A stretch of 45,678 nt of DNA from positions 1 to 45,678 of IMG/VR virus record IMGVR_UViG_3300048819_000105; one strand, given 5' to 3'. A program made the translations under genes and the position numbers. This DNA comes from a virus (lineage: Duplodnaviria; Caudoviricetes). Positions 18,501 through 28,233 of this stretch are shown here, piece after piece. The notes beneath the pieces were generated by a model that ran no database searches, was not told the DNA's origin, and worked only from the letters and a program-made list of their open reading frames with translations. Position 1 is the first letter of the stretch, and the number at the start of each line of letters is the position of its first letter.

Positions 18501-21424
18501 GCTGAACCGGCATTGGAAATGATGATTTGCGAAGTGCTGGTCGGGACTGAAATCTGTCCATTCAACACCACGCCCGCGCTCACGTTCAGGTTTGAATTGA
18601 CATCCGCCGTCAAAACCACCGTCGGACTCGGCACGGTGAAGATGGCGAAATTCGTGAAGCCCGTCACATACGGGATGCCGTTGGTATAAACCAGATACGA
18701 CGCGCCGTTGGTCGGAATGGCCGGTGTGTTCAGCGTCTGCACGGATGTTGCCAGCCCGTTCGTGAAAATCCAGTTCGTCGTCGCCGCGTTGTAAAAGACC
18801 ACGATGTCGCCGTTCGTGAACGTGTTGCCCGGCACACCGAGATAATTCACGGGTGACGGATAAAAATTCGCGCTGAAGCCAATGTCGGCCGGCCCGAAGA
18901 TGCTCGCCACATACGGCGCATGAACCAGCGTCAGCGGATTCGTGACCGTCAGGTTGTTGCCGACGCCGTTCTGCGTCGCAATCCAGTTGCCGCTGTTGGT
19001 AGAACTCCCGGAAATTGCGATGATGGCATTTGTCCCCGCCGTGCTGAATGTTTCATTTGTGACAACTCCCTGAACCACTCCTCCCACCGAGGCGTTTTGA
19101 ACCACATTGGTTGCTATCACTTTGACGGAGTTTGTTCCAGCCGTATTGAACGAGGCGTTGGTTGGCGTGCCGAATAATATGCCGCCCAATGTCACGTTGT
19201 CCGCTATCAGGGTCGCCTCATAGACAGCCACGTTCGTAACCACCGTCAGGCTGAAACTGTTTGTGGTCGCCAGTGACGCCACGATGTTGCTTACCTGCGT
19301 GAGATTCGCCAGATTGGAAACGGTGATGGTTGAGTTGACGATGTTGCTGACCGTGCTTGCAGAGACACCGTTTGTCGGACTGGTCAGATAAGTCAGGACT
19401 ATTGAAACCGTCTGGTTGGATTGCAGGGTGTTCAGCGAGGCCGATGCCAGAGCCGAAAGGAATTGAGCCGTGAGATTCGTTGAATAAACATTACCGACAA
19501 GTTTTGTCCCGTTCATGTTCCAGTATGAACCATAGGCTGAATACGGAGGCGTGCCAGAACCGAAAGGCACAACCAAAGTCCACTGCCCTTCAAGAGAAGT
19601 ATTGGCAAAGAAGCTGACGCCGTTGCTCTGCATGTAATAATTTCCGCCCGTAAGCTGGATGTTCCAATTGGTGTAAAACCTGTTCGTCCACATGGTCGAG
19701 GAAATGTTTTCCCAAGTAGAATTGCAGGCCGGAACCGTGGTTGAACCAAACGAGCCGACAAGGTTGGTCGTGAGATTGAAGTTCGTCCAGTTATTGAATT
19801 GGAGGTTGTTCACAATCTTTAACGCATTAGCCGTTCCATTTGTGCCTTGAACCAATGAGTTTGTCATGCCAACCACTGTTGCAATGATGCTGTTGCTGGT
19901 TGTCGAAACAAGATTTGTTGTGAAGGCAAAAGAATTAGTAGCGATGTTGTTCGTTCCAGCAACAAATTGATTCGTTGAAACTAAATTGTTTGTGATTGAA
20001 CCTTTCACATATCCATTGGTAAGACCCGGCAATGAATTGGTGTAAAGCACGGTGGTTGGATTGGTATAGACCAGCGAAGTCATTCCATTGGTGGAAGCCT
20101 GCGTCAGAGTCGTGGCGATGGTTGTCGCGCTCGAAACCACTCCATTGCTGACCACCGTATCATTGTTTGTGGCATTGGAGGCCAGAGTCAGCGAGAAAGT
20201 CCGGTTGGCCTGATAGATTGAATTTGTCCCTGAAATGAATTGATTGGTCAGGACGTAGGACAGAAGCCAGTTTGGGATTTGATTTGTCGCCGCCGCCGCC
20301 GCATTTGTCGCCTGCTGAAACGCCAGGATTTGAAGCAGGTTGCTCGTTGAGAGCGTGAAATTAGTCCCGTTCAATCCAATCAAATAAATCAAGGCCGTCA
20401 GGTTGGTTGACGAACTGTTTGTGCCTGACGCCACAACCGATAATACATACGCCTGTGTCGCCAATCCGTTAGTGGCAACCGGAGTCAAAAACAAACTCGG
20501 ATTGCTGGTCGGATAGTTTTGAGCATTGAAATTGGTAAGATAAGTCAGGGTGACAAATCCATTGGTCGTAGGCAGCGCGGGGGGATTTGTGATTTGGTTG
20601 TAATTTATATTCGTCCCTGAAAAGTTCGAGGCGTTATAGGTGACGATGTTGCCATATCCGTTTGTCTGCGTATCAACCGAAATTGTGACGGCGATGCCGC
20701 TTGAATTGGTCGTGGACGATACCGAGCTGTGTTGAGAGACAGCAACCGACGTGATGACGTTTGTTCCAAATCGCGTGAACGTCGGGCTATTGGTTGACGC
20801 GACTATCAAACCGGCCAGCGAGTTCGTCCCTGAAACAAACGCGTTCGTGAGCGTGTATGGAGCAACCGCACTCGCCACATAAGAAGTTGTCGCGTAAGTC
20901 AAATTGCTCGTCGCTATCTGCGTGCCAACCTGTGCCGGAGTGGTGAACGCATTGCTCGCCAGATTCAGGGTCGTGTAATTGCTTGGATTGGCGAACAGGG
21001 GATAAAATGTGTTCGAGGCCGATGAACCATTCAGGGCATATCGCTGGTCGCTTGTGGCAATTGCCCATGCCACTTGACCGGCTGGAAAAGTGGAACTTGA
21101 ACCAGAAGCAAGCCGGTTCGAGGCATTAACAATCCCTGAATCGGTAGGCAATATCTGGACTTGAAAAGGGATTCTGGCCGGAGGCGCAAGGATAACCCCG
21201 TTCACCAGACCTACCGGAATGTTGGTATAAAAAGCCGTCCCGTTCGTTTGGGAATAGGCATACAGCAAATTTCCAACGAAAGGCGACTGACTCTGCAAGG
21301 TGATGGTGCGATTGGTTGTCGGAGAGGCATTGAAGAATCCCATGTCCATCTGCAAAGTGACTTGCGCCCCGACAGTTAAGATTGTCAGGACAAAGCAAAG
21401 GAATATGGCAATGCGATATTTCAA
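15572..21424 (-). CDS. Giant Asn/Thr-rich protein (~1950 aa), putative tail fibre/adhesin with beta-helix-like C-terminal region
   Basis: Long open frame after the tail genes; likely TTG start at 21424 after GGGAGG; signal-peptide-like N-terminus. Confidence 0.75.
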   Translation of the reverse strand: MKYRIAIFLCFVLTILTVGAQVTLQMDMGFFNASPTTNRTITLQSQSPFVGNLLYAYSQTNGTAFYTNIPVGLVNGVILAPPARIPFQVQILPTDSGIVNASNRLASGSSSTFPAGQVAWAIATSDQRYALNGSSASNTFYPLFANPSNYTTLNLASNAFTTPAQVGTQIATSNLTYATTSYVASAVAPYTLTNAFVSGTNSLAGLIVASTNSPTFTRFGTNVITSVAVSQHSSVSSTTNSSGIAVTISVDTQTNGYGNIVTYNASNFSGTNINYNQITNPPALPTTNGFVTLTYLTNFNAQNYPTSNPSLFLTPVATNGLATQAYVLSVVASGTNSSSTNLTALIYLIGLNGTNFTLSTSNLLQILAFQQATNAAAAATNQIPNWLLSYVLTNQFISGTNSIYQANRTFSLTLASNATNNDTVVSNGVVSSATTIATTLTQASTNGMTSLVYTNPTTVLYTNSLPGLTNGYVKGSITNNLVSTNQFVAGTNNIATNSFAFTTNLVSTTSNSIIATVVGMTNSLVQGTNGTANALKIVNNLQFNNWTNFNLTTNLVGSFGSTTVPACNSTWENISSTMWTNRFYTNWNIQLTGGNYYMQSNGVSFFANTSLEGQWTLVVPFGSGTPPYSAYGSYWNMNGTKLVGNVYSTNLTAQFLSALASASLNTLQSNQTVSIVLTYLTSPTNGVSASTVSNIVNSTITVSNLANLTQVSNIVASLATTNSFSLTVVTNVAVYEATLIADNVTLGGILFGTPTNASFNTAGTNSVKVIATNVVQNASVGGVVQGVVTNETFSTAGTNAIIAISGSSTNSGNWIATQNGVGNNLTVTNPLTLVHAPYVASIFGPADIGFSANFYPSPVNYLGVPGNTFTNGDIVVFYNAATTNWIFTNGLATSVQTLNTPAIPTNGASYLVYTNGIPYVTGFTNFAIFTVPSPTVVLTADVNSNLNVSAGVVLNGQISVPTSTSQIIISNAGSAGVSGVYSSNSVTFEGLATWTLTPTNTLLNNFGIIALNSTNFESVFFTGISNVSIYYEATNGAVIPSNGSSYGSLGSADVFLFQGQPPNATFTFYLTNGTGGVVTKLNPVTLTVQPNSLPSIANNTNSSQLNISSGVNAGGNVNAHSFTADGVPLLVGYAPTNTPGTNGVGVDNDVINYFSGCDSAITNIAYNGGTVAPNPTFITSTDPNYFAHNPVPAGVVFWNKLGSGYGGTGFTLTYTYALYTGVIVSPPATPAQTISAMNVLVTGLKSDGTWTNDFDFSIPFADAGLPICDGNSLGRTNFTLAWQNGLTNAAQHTSLGVSNITGGYGWLNYNFIKSLTGASPSNFFFAAWIVVQTTNSTQPLLLLTDTNASPSVDIASMDWWAGGAPPYFSDGIGSTNHEALSAPIQTNDLYISINRSGTNQTATYGSLAFNEVVTNGFQSTNGLFFFGNILSNISSGTVAYLWGGHALTTNKQASVAARIAQFESNMGRIQGGSGPSGTTIASTTIALTNTQTGVTLGGTFTGTANLTNTTSALSAATNGLASNAGAATIANAQIAAKFGYVTLWHNGGQTAYADFNVASTNSAWGDTMDIHGVVNFSNTATLNGVTVNGGTLINWNTNTYGGTGEPIGIVGNWTIFNNLIGSNGYFHAGINQAFFGTDNTDGFQSITNPIFNNCDFWGDDNCIYLRHTNLCPNVFYPQANIVNCRFHTASSFWNANVTYLNWLINGGSADCTLLGTSQTNGATTLQGYTTASGAPSVGSVNAIRNFTIYFGTTNTPGIIRGIFTQGTASFPQTNYYENVTIFYESTNIAAGGAVKCGGGQSTFNNFTVYGLDNSPFLIDAGAGDLAFWNNVNLFPHASTNFQAQAGTGSTTVTLTGGNLSLSKIASNASKFFLAATLGESENYATNATLISGTSLQVNLPIAMTDTNYNVTAPNDLVGATVTSRTTTSFTLGFTAATLTSQTIEGMVIHQ

Positions 21425-21482
21425 AGCAAAATCGCAACCTCCCCTCGATGCTTGATTGATTGTCGTTTGTGGCGCATGAATG

Positions 21483-21788
21483 TCAACTCGTTTTAGCCGG
21501 TGTCGGAATAACTGGCTTGACGGGTGGTTCGGGTTTTTTGGGCATACAACATTTCGGTTCGTGCGCCTCCACCATCGCCCAAAGGTCGGCTTCGGAAACA
21601 AATGCGCTTCCGCCCGTGGACGATTCAAAATAAAGCCCGTTCTTTGCCGTGCGCTTCCTGCGCGTGAAAGGCTTCTGACCTTTGCCCATGTTTGCCGTCT
21701 GTGTATTGTGAACGTCCGTGGATTGAGCCACTGGAACGGTTGCCGCCGAATCCATGGATTGGGCTGTGAGGGCGGTGATTATTTTCAT
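21483..21788 (-). CDS. Hypothetical protein (tail module)
   Basis: ATGA overlap with the upstream gene. Confidence 0.6.
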   Translation of the reverse strand: MKIITALTAQSMDSAATVPVAQSTDVHNTQTANMGKGQKPFTRRKRTAKNGLYFESSTGGSAFVSEADLWAMVEAHEPKCCMPKKPEPPVKPVIPTPAKTS

Positions 21789-23059
21789 GGTGGTGGATTT
21801 CCTCCATACGTTGCCGGAGGAGCATAGATGCAGATAAAATTATCGTCGGAACTTGGGTCGGTCGTGAAAGAAGTCGTGTTTGCCATGTAAAGGCATGGAA
21901 GACCGTTCTGGTCTGGGTCTGTGGCGTCGGTTGGGGTTTGCTTCACAAAGTCGCCCGGATAAAAAACCTGCGCCGAAATGTCGTCGTTGTCCCAATCGCC
22001 GCGATAATTTGCAGCCCCACATATTGCCGTCGTATAAAGATTGGATTGAATCGGTGGCGTCCCTCCATTGGCGAACATTGAGGCCGACCAGCGATTAAGG
22101 CAATGCGAGCTTAAAATCTGCATCGGCACCAACGGCAATGGATTTGACTGAAAATAAAACCCCGCTGAATTTAAGGTTGCGACCGGAATGATAAACGGGC
22201 TGTTCGCCTGCGTCATTCCCTGCGGATAAGGGTCTGCAAAAAAAGGTGTCCACCTTCTGCCCTTTATCCTTGTCAATGGCGTCTGGTCTGAATTTGTATC
22301 TGGCGTTATCTCAATCCAGATAGTAAATCCATAAACCCCGCCCTCATCTTCATTGCCCGGAACAACCAGGACGCCCTGATAAATCGGATTGTCCGGAAAT
22401 CCAAATGTCTCTCCGTCATTTTCAAAAAATCCCCCCGCTACGCCAACGGTCGTGTTGCTTGAATCATAGGTCTGACCATAAGCAGAAAAATAATCAGGGG
22501 AATGGGAGGCGACAATGTTCAATGGACTGAATCCGTCCGTCCCATACCCCACTTCGACTTGTTGTGAAAAATTATTCAATGTCGTCCCGATTCCGCTTGG
22601 GACGGAGAAATACCACCGGACTTCCACCTGTCCATTCCTCACAAGCCATAATCTCCAGTAATCCGTGTTTGGATTCACTGTCGGCGGCGAGGCTGTAAAA
22701 TCGGTCGGTTTGGTAGAATCTATATTTATCGCCGATGGGTTGCCGTCATTGTCAAATGTTGTGCCTTGAAACACTTCTCCAATGAGTGCGGACTGCGGCG
22801 GCTGATAGACTTTGAAGGGGTATAATAGGGGTGATTGCTCTTGCTGTGACAGCGGCGGTGATATGATTCGCCTTCTCAACTGATTCACTTGTGCAACCAG
22901 ACGGGAAACAGTCGTGGCAAGCCCAAAAGTTGAACCATTGGTTACAGAGGTCTTCTTATGCTGATTCGTAAGGTCTTCACTATCCAGCGGAGAACGAAGC
23001 CCTGACCCAACTCCGAAAGCGGGCTTAACGGGTCTGTTGATTGGGCTGGTAGATGCCAT
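21785..23059 (-). CDS. Putative tail tip/structural protein
   Basis: 424-aa beta-rich ORF in the tail module. Confidence 0.6.
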   Translation of the reverse strand: MASTSPINRPVKPAFGVGSGLRSPLDSEDLTNQHKKTSVTNGSTFGLATTVSRLVAQVNQLRRRIISPPLSQQEQSPLLYPFKVYQPPQSALIGEVFQGTTFDNDGNPSAINIDSTKPTDFTASPPTVNPNTDYWRLWLVRNGQVEVRWYFSVPSGIGTTLNNFSQQVEVGYGTDGFSPLNIVASHSPDYFSAYGQTYDSSNTTVGVAGGFFENDGETFGFPDNPIYQGVLVVPGNEDEGGVYGFTIWIEITPDTNSDQTPLTRIKGRRWTPFFADPYPQGMTQANSPFIIPVATLNSAGFYFQSNPLPLVPMQILSSHCLNRWSASMFANGGTPPIQSNLYTTAICGAANYRGDWDNDDISAQVFYPGDFVKQTPTDATDPDQNGLPCLYMANTTSFTTDPSSDDNFICIYAPPATYGGNPPP

Positions 23060-24351
23060 TATGAGAATGTCTGATAATCAGATGGAGAGCTTGGCCTGTT
23101 AAAACGTCCGTAAAGCTGTGTGTCGAAATATCCAATCGCCGACCCGACCCAAGTTGCGGTTATCTTGAACCAAGTCCTTTCGTATTGAATTTCATCGGCC
23201 TTGCGAAGCCATGATATTACCGTTGCCCCATCAGAATTTCCATTGGAAGAATAATCCTGAGGATTGGCTTGGGCGTTGAATTTGAATATGTTGTCATCTC
23301 CCGCCACGGGATAAGAAATTCCACCCCTTGGGGGTAGTTCGGTAATAGGTCTGTCCGGCTGCAAGAAATAATCAGGGACAATGAATGTGGGGTCTTCCAG
23401 AAAACTTCCAAGGTTGAACAGCGGAGGAAGGAAAAAGTATTGCGACCATTTTAATTCGATTCCCGCTATGTATGGGGAATCTTCCATACGCCACAGCTTT
23501 GTGATTATTTCCTGCGCGGCGGCTCTAGCCAGTTGAATTGATGGATCGTCTAATGCGGTTGCATCCACCGAAACTGGTATGCTTTGGTCGTTAACTTGTC
23601 CATTTGCGGTTGCTTTAGGAGGCGGCGTGACGACGCCATTTCCGTCCTGAATCGTCGTGTCCTCTTGATAGTTTATTTTAGGATTAAAATTTGGATTCGG
23701 AACACTAATTATCCATCCTCCATTTGCAAGTGATGAAACTTGAATGTTTTGAATCTGACCGTTCAAAAGCCCATAAAGATTTGATGCGCTTGGAAAGAAT
23801 GGCGTGTCTCGATATGCCTGTATGGCTCGAATTATAGCCTCTTTAACCTGACCGACGAAAGTTCCAAACTCATCGGTAGTCGGATAAAGATTCGGGAAAT
23901 ATCTTGGGTGTTTGATAATATCAATTCCCAAGTCAACGGTATTGACCTGAAATTCATCAGGCGGGGTATCAAACGAAAGCGATTCGGAAACTGTAATAAG
24001 TTTTCCGCCTGTGGCATCCATTGATTGTGAAGTGCAGGTAAGCACCCGCCAGATAAAATTATTCGAGTCAATCACGATAAGCCCCATGCCAATCATGTTG
24101 ACCAATGTATTTATATCGTCATAACTTCCAGAGAATTTATGTTGCGCGGTGCATTGGACGCCCCGTTCAATAGTTGGGGAATCCGTGTCTTCTTGAAGGG
24201 TGATTTGCGTAGTGCCGCTTACGTCTGAAATAATAACGCTGCCCGCAGGAGGCGCAGTTCCCACTACACCAGTCCCGCCAGTCCCGTAAGGCGATAAAGG
24301 AACGGTTAAACCTATCGCCCTGTCAAATCCCCATGTGAGAGCGAATGGCAT
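23059..24351 (-). CDS. Putative distal tail/baseplate protein
   Basis: 430 aa, TAATG coupling at both ends, two genes after the tape measure. Confidence 0.55.
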   Translation of the reverse strand: MPFALTWGFDRAIGLTVPLSPYGTGGTGVVGTAPPAGSVIISDVSGTTQITLQEDTDSPTIERGVQCTAQHKFSGSYDDINTLVNMIGMGLIVIDSNNFIWRVLTCTSQSMDATGGKLITVSESLSFDTPPDEFQVNTVDLGIDIIKHPRYFPNLYPTTDEFGTFVGQVKEAIIRAIQAYRDTPFFPSASNLYGLLNGQIQNIQVSSLANGGWIISVPNPNFNPKINYQEDTTIQDGNGVVTPPPKATANGQVNDQSIPVSVDATALDDPSIQLARAAAQEIITKLWRMEDSPYIAGIELKWSQYFFLPPLFNLGSFLEDPTFIVPDYFLQPDRPITELPPRGGISYPVAGDDNIFKFNAQANPQDYSSNGNSDGATVISWLRKADEIQYERTWFKITATWVGSAIGYFDTQLYGRFNRPSSPSDYQTFS

Positions 24352-24845
24352 TATTTAGCCTTTGGAACTTGAAATGAATTGCTGGCGGTTTCCCCTGTTT
24401 TATTCGAGGCGACACAGCGATAATGCTTTCCTGACTCTGGCTTGAAATCCTTGTCTGCATTAGGAACATCAGCCCATGTTTTCCCATCGTCTGATTGTTG
24501 GATTTTTGCCGTCAATGGAATCTCGCTTTTTATTTTACCAGTGATTGAATTTGCATTGGGATGAGCCTCGAAAAATGGGGCATCCGTCAATTTTGAATCA
24601 ATCTCCAACATGACGGAAACCAACTCGTCTTTTGGAATCAGGACTCCATCCGAACCGGAACGCAGGACGCAGACGCCATGCGTATTATTTTCAATCCGGC
24701 GAGGCTTGGAACGATTGCCAGCGACGTGATGATGGATGGTCTGCCTTTGACCGACTATCAGTGGAAAATTAGCATCCATCAATTTACCAGTGATGGTTAT
24801 TGTGTCGCCTTCGACTTTGGTGACTAATTGAGTTATTGCTTTCAT
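24351..24845 (-). CDS. Hypothetical protein with C-terminal Ig-like segment
   Basis: QQSDDGKTW...YRCVASN motif. Confidence 0.6.
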   Translation of the reverse strand: MKAITQLVTKVEGDTITITGKLMDANFPLIVGQRQTIHHHVAGNRSKPRRIENNTHGVCVLRSGSDGVLIPKDELVSVMLEIDSKLTDAPFFEAHPNANSITGKIKSEIPLTAKIQQSDDGKTWADVPNADKDFKPESGKHYRCVASNKTGETASNSFQVPKAK

Positions 24846-24848
24846 GGC

Positions 24849-26120
24849 TTAATATCCAGCTACATTGGGGTTGCGATTCATATAGAAAGTCCCGACGCTG
24901 GTTGATTTGTTTTGCGCCGTCGCCGCTTGGTAAAGTTTCTCAACTGCCGTCGCCGTCCGTCTTTGATATTCCAGAGCCTTGTCAGCCATGCCGCCGCCGA
25001 TGATAAGACCCATTTTCTCAAAAGCTCCCACGGGAAGCTGTTTCATAAAGGATTGCGGCTGTCCAAACGTGTTCTTTTTATTAACTTCATCAAAAGATGC
25101 AAACGCCAGCTTTAAGGCCGCTGCAAATTTTGGGGCAATCAAGGAAAGCTCAAACTCAAAAATCTTTGGAAGAATCTTTAGAAGATTGGCGAACTTCTCG
25201 ATTGCTCCGATTGTGAAATTTATTTCAGGAGTCAATTTGGTCGCCAAATCAGAGCCGAGTGCCAGTAAATTATATTCTAGAATCTTGAACTGTGCGGCGG
25301 TATAGGCCAGTTGCGGAGCGTTTCTGGCCAGCGTGTTCGCAGCATCGCTTAACTGGCGCATCACCGTTGCCGACTGAGCGAATCTTAAAACGTCTTTCTC
25401 GTCCACGCCAAGAGTGCTTGCCGTCATCTGGCGCAACGCGGTAAAACGAAGATTCAGTCCGCTTTCGAGGGACTTGGCAAACAGGGAGGCGGAGAATTGA
25501 AATGCTTTTTTTAATTCGTCAGCACCCCATCTCAAAGCCTCCATAACCAAATGAAGGACTTTTTTTATTCCTGTGATTAGGATGTAAAATTCAGAGAATC
25601 CGGCTGCTCCACCCGCGCCGAAAATACCCCTCGCGACACCTCCGCCTTTTCCACCACCGCCCGCCCCAACCGCGTCGGATAAAAGCCTTGATCCAATCCA
25701 CGGATTGAACATGGCGGTTATGATTCCAAGACCCATCTTTTTAAGACGTTCCCGTTCCACATCGGCAATTATTGGAGGCGGATTCCCTTTGAATTTTCCA
25801 ATGTCGTTGATGTCCGGCAACGCCATCACCTTCGCCAAATCTTTCCCACCGCCAAACTTTGAAGCCCCCTGAATGAATCCACGCGAATAAAATTCACCGC
25901 TTTTTTTACCGGCGTCGGAAGCCGCCGCGAACAATTGAGGGTTTCTGGCCATGGTGGAGGCGGAGGCGTTTCCAAATGCAGACATGAGTAATCCCTTGTT
26001 GGCTGTCGCGCCAAGTTGTGAGACCGCCCGCTGAATATCGCCCTTGTTGTCATCAATGACCTTTTTATTCTCTGGCGAGTTTATCAGCTTAAAGACCGCT
26101 CTTAATTCTGCTTGTCCCAT
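24849..26120 (-). CDS. Putative tape measure protein (short, 423 aa)
   Basis: Ala/Gly/Leu-rich helical protein directly after the frameshifted chaperone pair. Confidence 0.65.
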   Translation of the reverse strand: MGQAELRAVFKLINSPENKKVIDDNKGDIQRAVSQLGATANKGLLMSAFGNASASTMARNPQLFAAASDAGKKSGEFYSRGFIQGASKFGGGKDLAKVMALPDINDIGKFKGNPPPIIADVERERLKKMGLGIITAMFNPWIGSRLLSDAVGAGGGGKGGGVARGIFGAGGAAGFSEFYILITGIKKVLHLVMEALRWGADELKKAFQFSASLFAKSLESGLNLRFTALRQMTASTLGVDEKDVLRFAQSATVMRQLSDAANTLARNAPQLAYTAAQFKILEYNLLALGSDLATKLTPEINFTIGAIEKFANLLKILPKIFEFELSLIAPKFAAALKLAFASFDEVNKKNTFGQPQSFMKQLPVGAFEKMGLIIGGGMADKALEYQRRTATAVEKLYQAATAQNKSTSVGTFYMNRNPNVAGY

Positions 26121-26374
26121 ATCAATTTATCCTGTTCGATTAACTTTTCAGATTCTTGTTTGACGTAACTTCCAACGTATTTTATTCCGACGAATTTATT
26201 CATCGGTTCATTCAATACCGCCGCCGAATACCACATCCAGCCTTCCGATAGCGGAAGAATATCCAAAACAAATTCTCGCGTAAAAGACGGATACCAATGA
26301 ACCAATGTTGTCGCGTAATCCGCCAGCCAGCCAATGCCTTCCCCATCCGCCTTTGGACGATTTACCCTAGCCAT
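26102..26374 (-). CDS. Tail assembly chaperone, gpT-like frameshift extension
   Basis: Frame is reached by a -1 shift at the A9G run in the upstream gene. Confidence 0.7.
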   Translation of the reverse strand: MARVNRPKADGEGIGWLADYATTLVHWYPSFTREFVLDILPLSEGWMWYSAAVLNEPMNKFVGIKYVGSYVKQESEKLIEQDKLIWDKQN

Positions 26375-26382
26375 TAAACTGT

Positions 26383-26901
26383 CTAGGCCGTCAGGTTCTT
26401 TTTTTTTAGCTCGGATTCATCGCTAGAACTAAATCCTATCTTGGTGTCAAAACTGGCTAAAATCTGTTTGGAAATGGCTTCCACGGCCTTCTTGGTCACA
26501 ATCAAAGAATGAGCATCACCCATCTCATCAATGCAAGTCTGGCGGAATACTCCCCTGCCTTTGGCCTTCAATTCCCTGCATTGTTTTGGCGTATGAGTGA
26601 ACTGCCAGCACATTTCCCATTCTTCTTCGTCGGTATATGGCACTTCATCTCGAATCTTTTCATCCTTCTGGACTTCCAAAATCATCTTGTAGATTGGCGA
26701 GTCAAGCCATTGCAGGATTGACCAGTCGGAAGCCACTACCCGCCTGACCCAAAGTTTATCTGACACTTGGATTGCATCGGTTAGAAATGCCTCGGCCAAA
26801 GCCCCCGGCAATGGAGTCGCCGCCGCCCTTCGATTGGCGTCCTCGGTTAATTGATGCTCTCTGGCAGTCTCTAATATCTGCGCGTCAGTGTCGTTCCCCA
26901 T
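26383..26901 (-). CDS. Tail assembly chaperone, gpG-like
   Basis: Lies between the tail tube candidate and tape measure; ends ELKKKNLTA over the slippery sequence. Confidence 0.7.
   Translation of the reverse strand: MGNDTDAQILETAREHQLTEDANRRAAATPLPGALAEAFLTDAIQVSDKLWVRRVVASDWSILQWLDSPIYKMILEVQKDEKIRDEVPYTDEEEWEMCWQFTHTPKQCRELKAKGRGVFRQTCIDEMGDAHSLIVTKKAVEAISKQILASFDTKIGFSSSDESELKKKNLTA
26398..26407 (-). other. Programmed -1 frameshift site A AAA AAG
   Basis: CTA AAA AAA AAG AAC; the -1 frame reads KEPDGLDSLMARVN with no stop into ORF 26102-26374. Confidence 0.8.
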
Positions 26902-26913
26902 AATTCAAATTGG

Positions 26914-27360
26914 TTATGCTTCCGGTGGATTTCCGCCACCTTCAATCAGTGTGAGATATTCCGCAGTCACTTCACGTTTTCCCTCCACCTTGCGATTGGC
27001 GTTGTAACCGTTGCTGGTGACTCGGAATTGATAGACGGATGCTCCCGCTCCAACTGTGTCCACAAGGGCGATTAGAGAACCGGGGCTTGGCGGTGTCATG
27101 CTGGTATCGTCCACGACCGTAATCGTGTAATTACGACCCTGCCAGAGTTGGATGCGAGTGGCTTTTAATCCCGTTCCCTGCTCAATGTAGATGTTTTCAA
27201 TCTCATCCTGACCGCGCATGGATTCGACGATGTAAAATCCATTGAATCCACCGCCAGAGCCGTTGGGTGAACCGTTGGACATCACGCCATCCGTCCCCCA
27301 GCGGATTGTCGTGTAGCCTGTGCCTATGAAGGCATTTGTGTATGAAGGCGGCCATGCCAT
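26914..27360 (-). CDS. Putative major tail tube protein
   Basis: 148-aa beta-rich protein immediately upstream of the chaperones. Confidence 0.55.
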   Translation of the reverse strand: MAWPPSYTNAFIGTGYTTIRWGTDGVMSNGSPNGSGGGFNGFYIVESMRGQDEIENIYIEQGTGLKATRIQLWQGRNYTITVVDDTSMTPPSPGSLIALVDTVGAGASVYQFRVTSNGYNANRKVEGKREVTAEYLTLIEGGGNPPEA

Positions 27361-27364
27361 AAAA

Positions 27365-27724
27365 TTATTCCTTTAATTTGAATTGGGTTAAAAACACTTC
27401 GCATGGAACATAATCGCTCCGATACGGGTTGCCGAAATTGACCAGATAACACTCCGAATAAACCCCGCCGAGTTCCTTGGACGGTTCAAAGGCGGTTACT
27501 TTGGCCTCGACCGAACCTTCCGCGAAAGTCTTGCCGACTGCTTCCTTGTATTTTTCGTGTTTGGCTGTCAGCGCGGCAGCGGCTTCTTTTTCAATGCGCT
27601 TTTGTTCCAGACGCTCCTTCTGGCGTTTTTCAAGGTCAAGTTGCGCTTGCGTTTTAGCCGCTGGTTTAGGAGACGCAACCGGAGGAATCTCCGCTGTTGG
27701 AATTGTTTTTATTTCTTCGCTCAT
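27365..27724 (-). CDS. Hypothetical protein
   Basis: Operon spacing. Confidence 0.6.
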   Translation of the reverse strand: MSEEIKTIPTAEIPPVASPKPAAKTQAQLDLEKRQKERLEQKRIEKEAAAALTAKHEKYKEAVGKTFAEGSVEAKVTAFEPSKELGGVYSECYLVNFGNPYRSDYVPCEVFLTQFKLKE

Positions 27725-27728
27725 AAAT

Positions 27729-28232
27729 TTATTCGTCTGGTGTCATTACGATATTGGGAAGGTCATTCTTCGTGCTAAAAAATAAATCCGCACAATCCAT
27801 GACTTGAGTTCCAAGCCGCACATATTTCCAGCCCTTGTAATCGTTGCCTGCATCTTCACTGATGCCAAGCATGGCGCGACACATATCCCTGATATGCTCG
27901 ACCGCATCCGTGAAAGGGATGGCGTTGCCGACTGTTTTTGAAATCGTGTCACCCCTGATTCTAGTGAAGCCACGCCCGCGCTTGACCCTGATAATCCAGT
28001 TTCGGGAAACGCGATGAGTGAGCGCAGAAATGTTATCATTGCTGCTCCACCTGTCCTCGCCATCGCAGAAAACATAGATGATGGGCTTCTGGCTGCTTTG
28101 GGAAGGCTGCATCCATTCGTCTTCTTTGGTGTGGACAACCTGGCAGTCGCCCCCATTGGCCTGCGCCCATTCAAGCAAAGTATCGGCAATGAAATTTGCC
28201 TGTGCGCTGATTTGAGTTTGGACATTGACCAT
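27729..28232 (-). CDS. Putative tail terminator/neck protein
   Basis: Size and position after the Mu gpG-like gene. Confidence 0.5.
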   Translation of the reverse strand: MVNVQTQISAQANFIADTLLEWAQANGGDCQVVHTKEDEWMQPSQSSQKPIIYVFCDGEDRWSSNDNISALTHRVSRNWIIRVKRGRGFTRIRGDTISKTVGNAIPFTDAVEHIRDMCRAMLGISEDAGNDYKGWKYVRLGTQVMDCADLFFSTKNDLPNIVMTPDE

Positions 28233-28233
28233 T

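Noticed and set aside
20017-20026. Contiguous TGGTAAGACC equal to the first five NN of tract B
   Set aside because: A 10-nt match that does not extend. No convincing in-genome match for tract B was found by eye.
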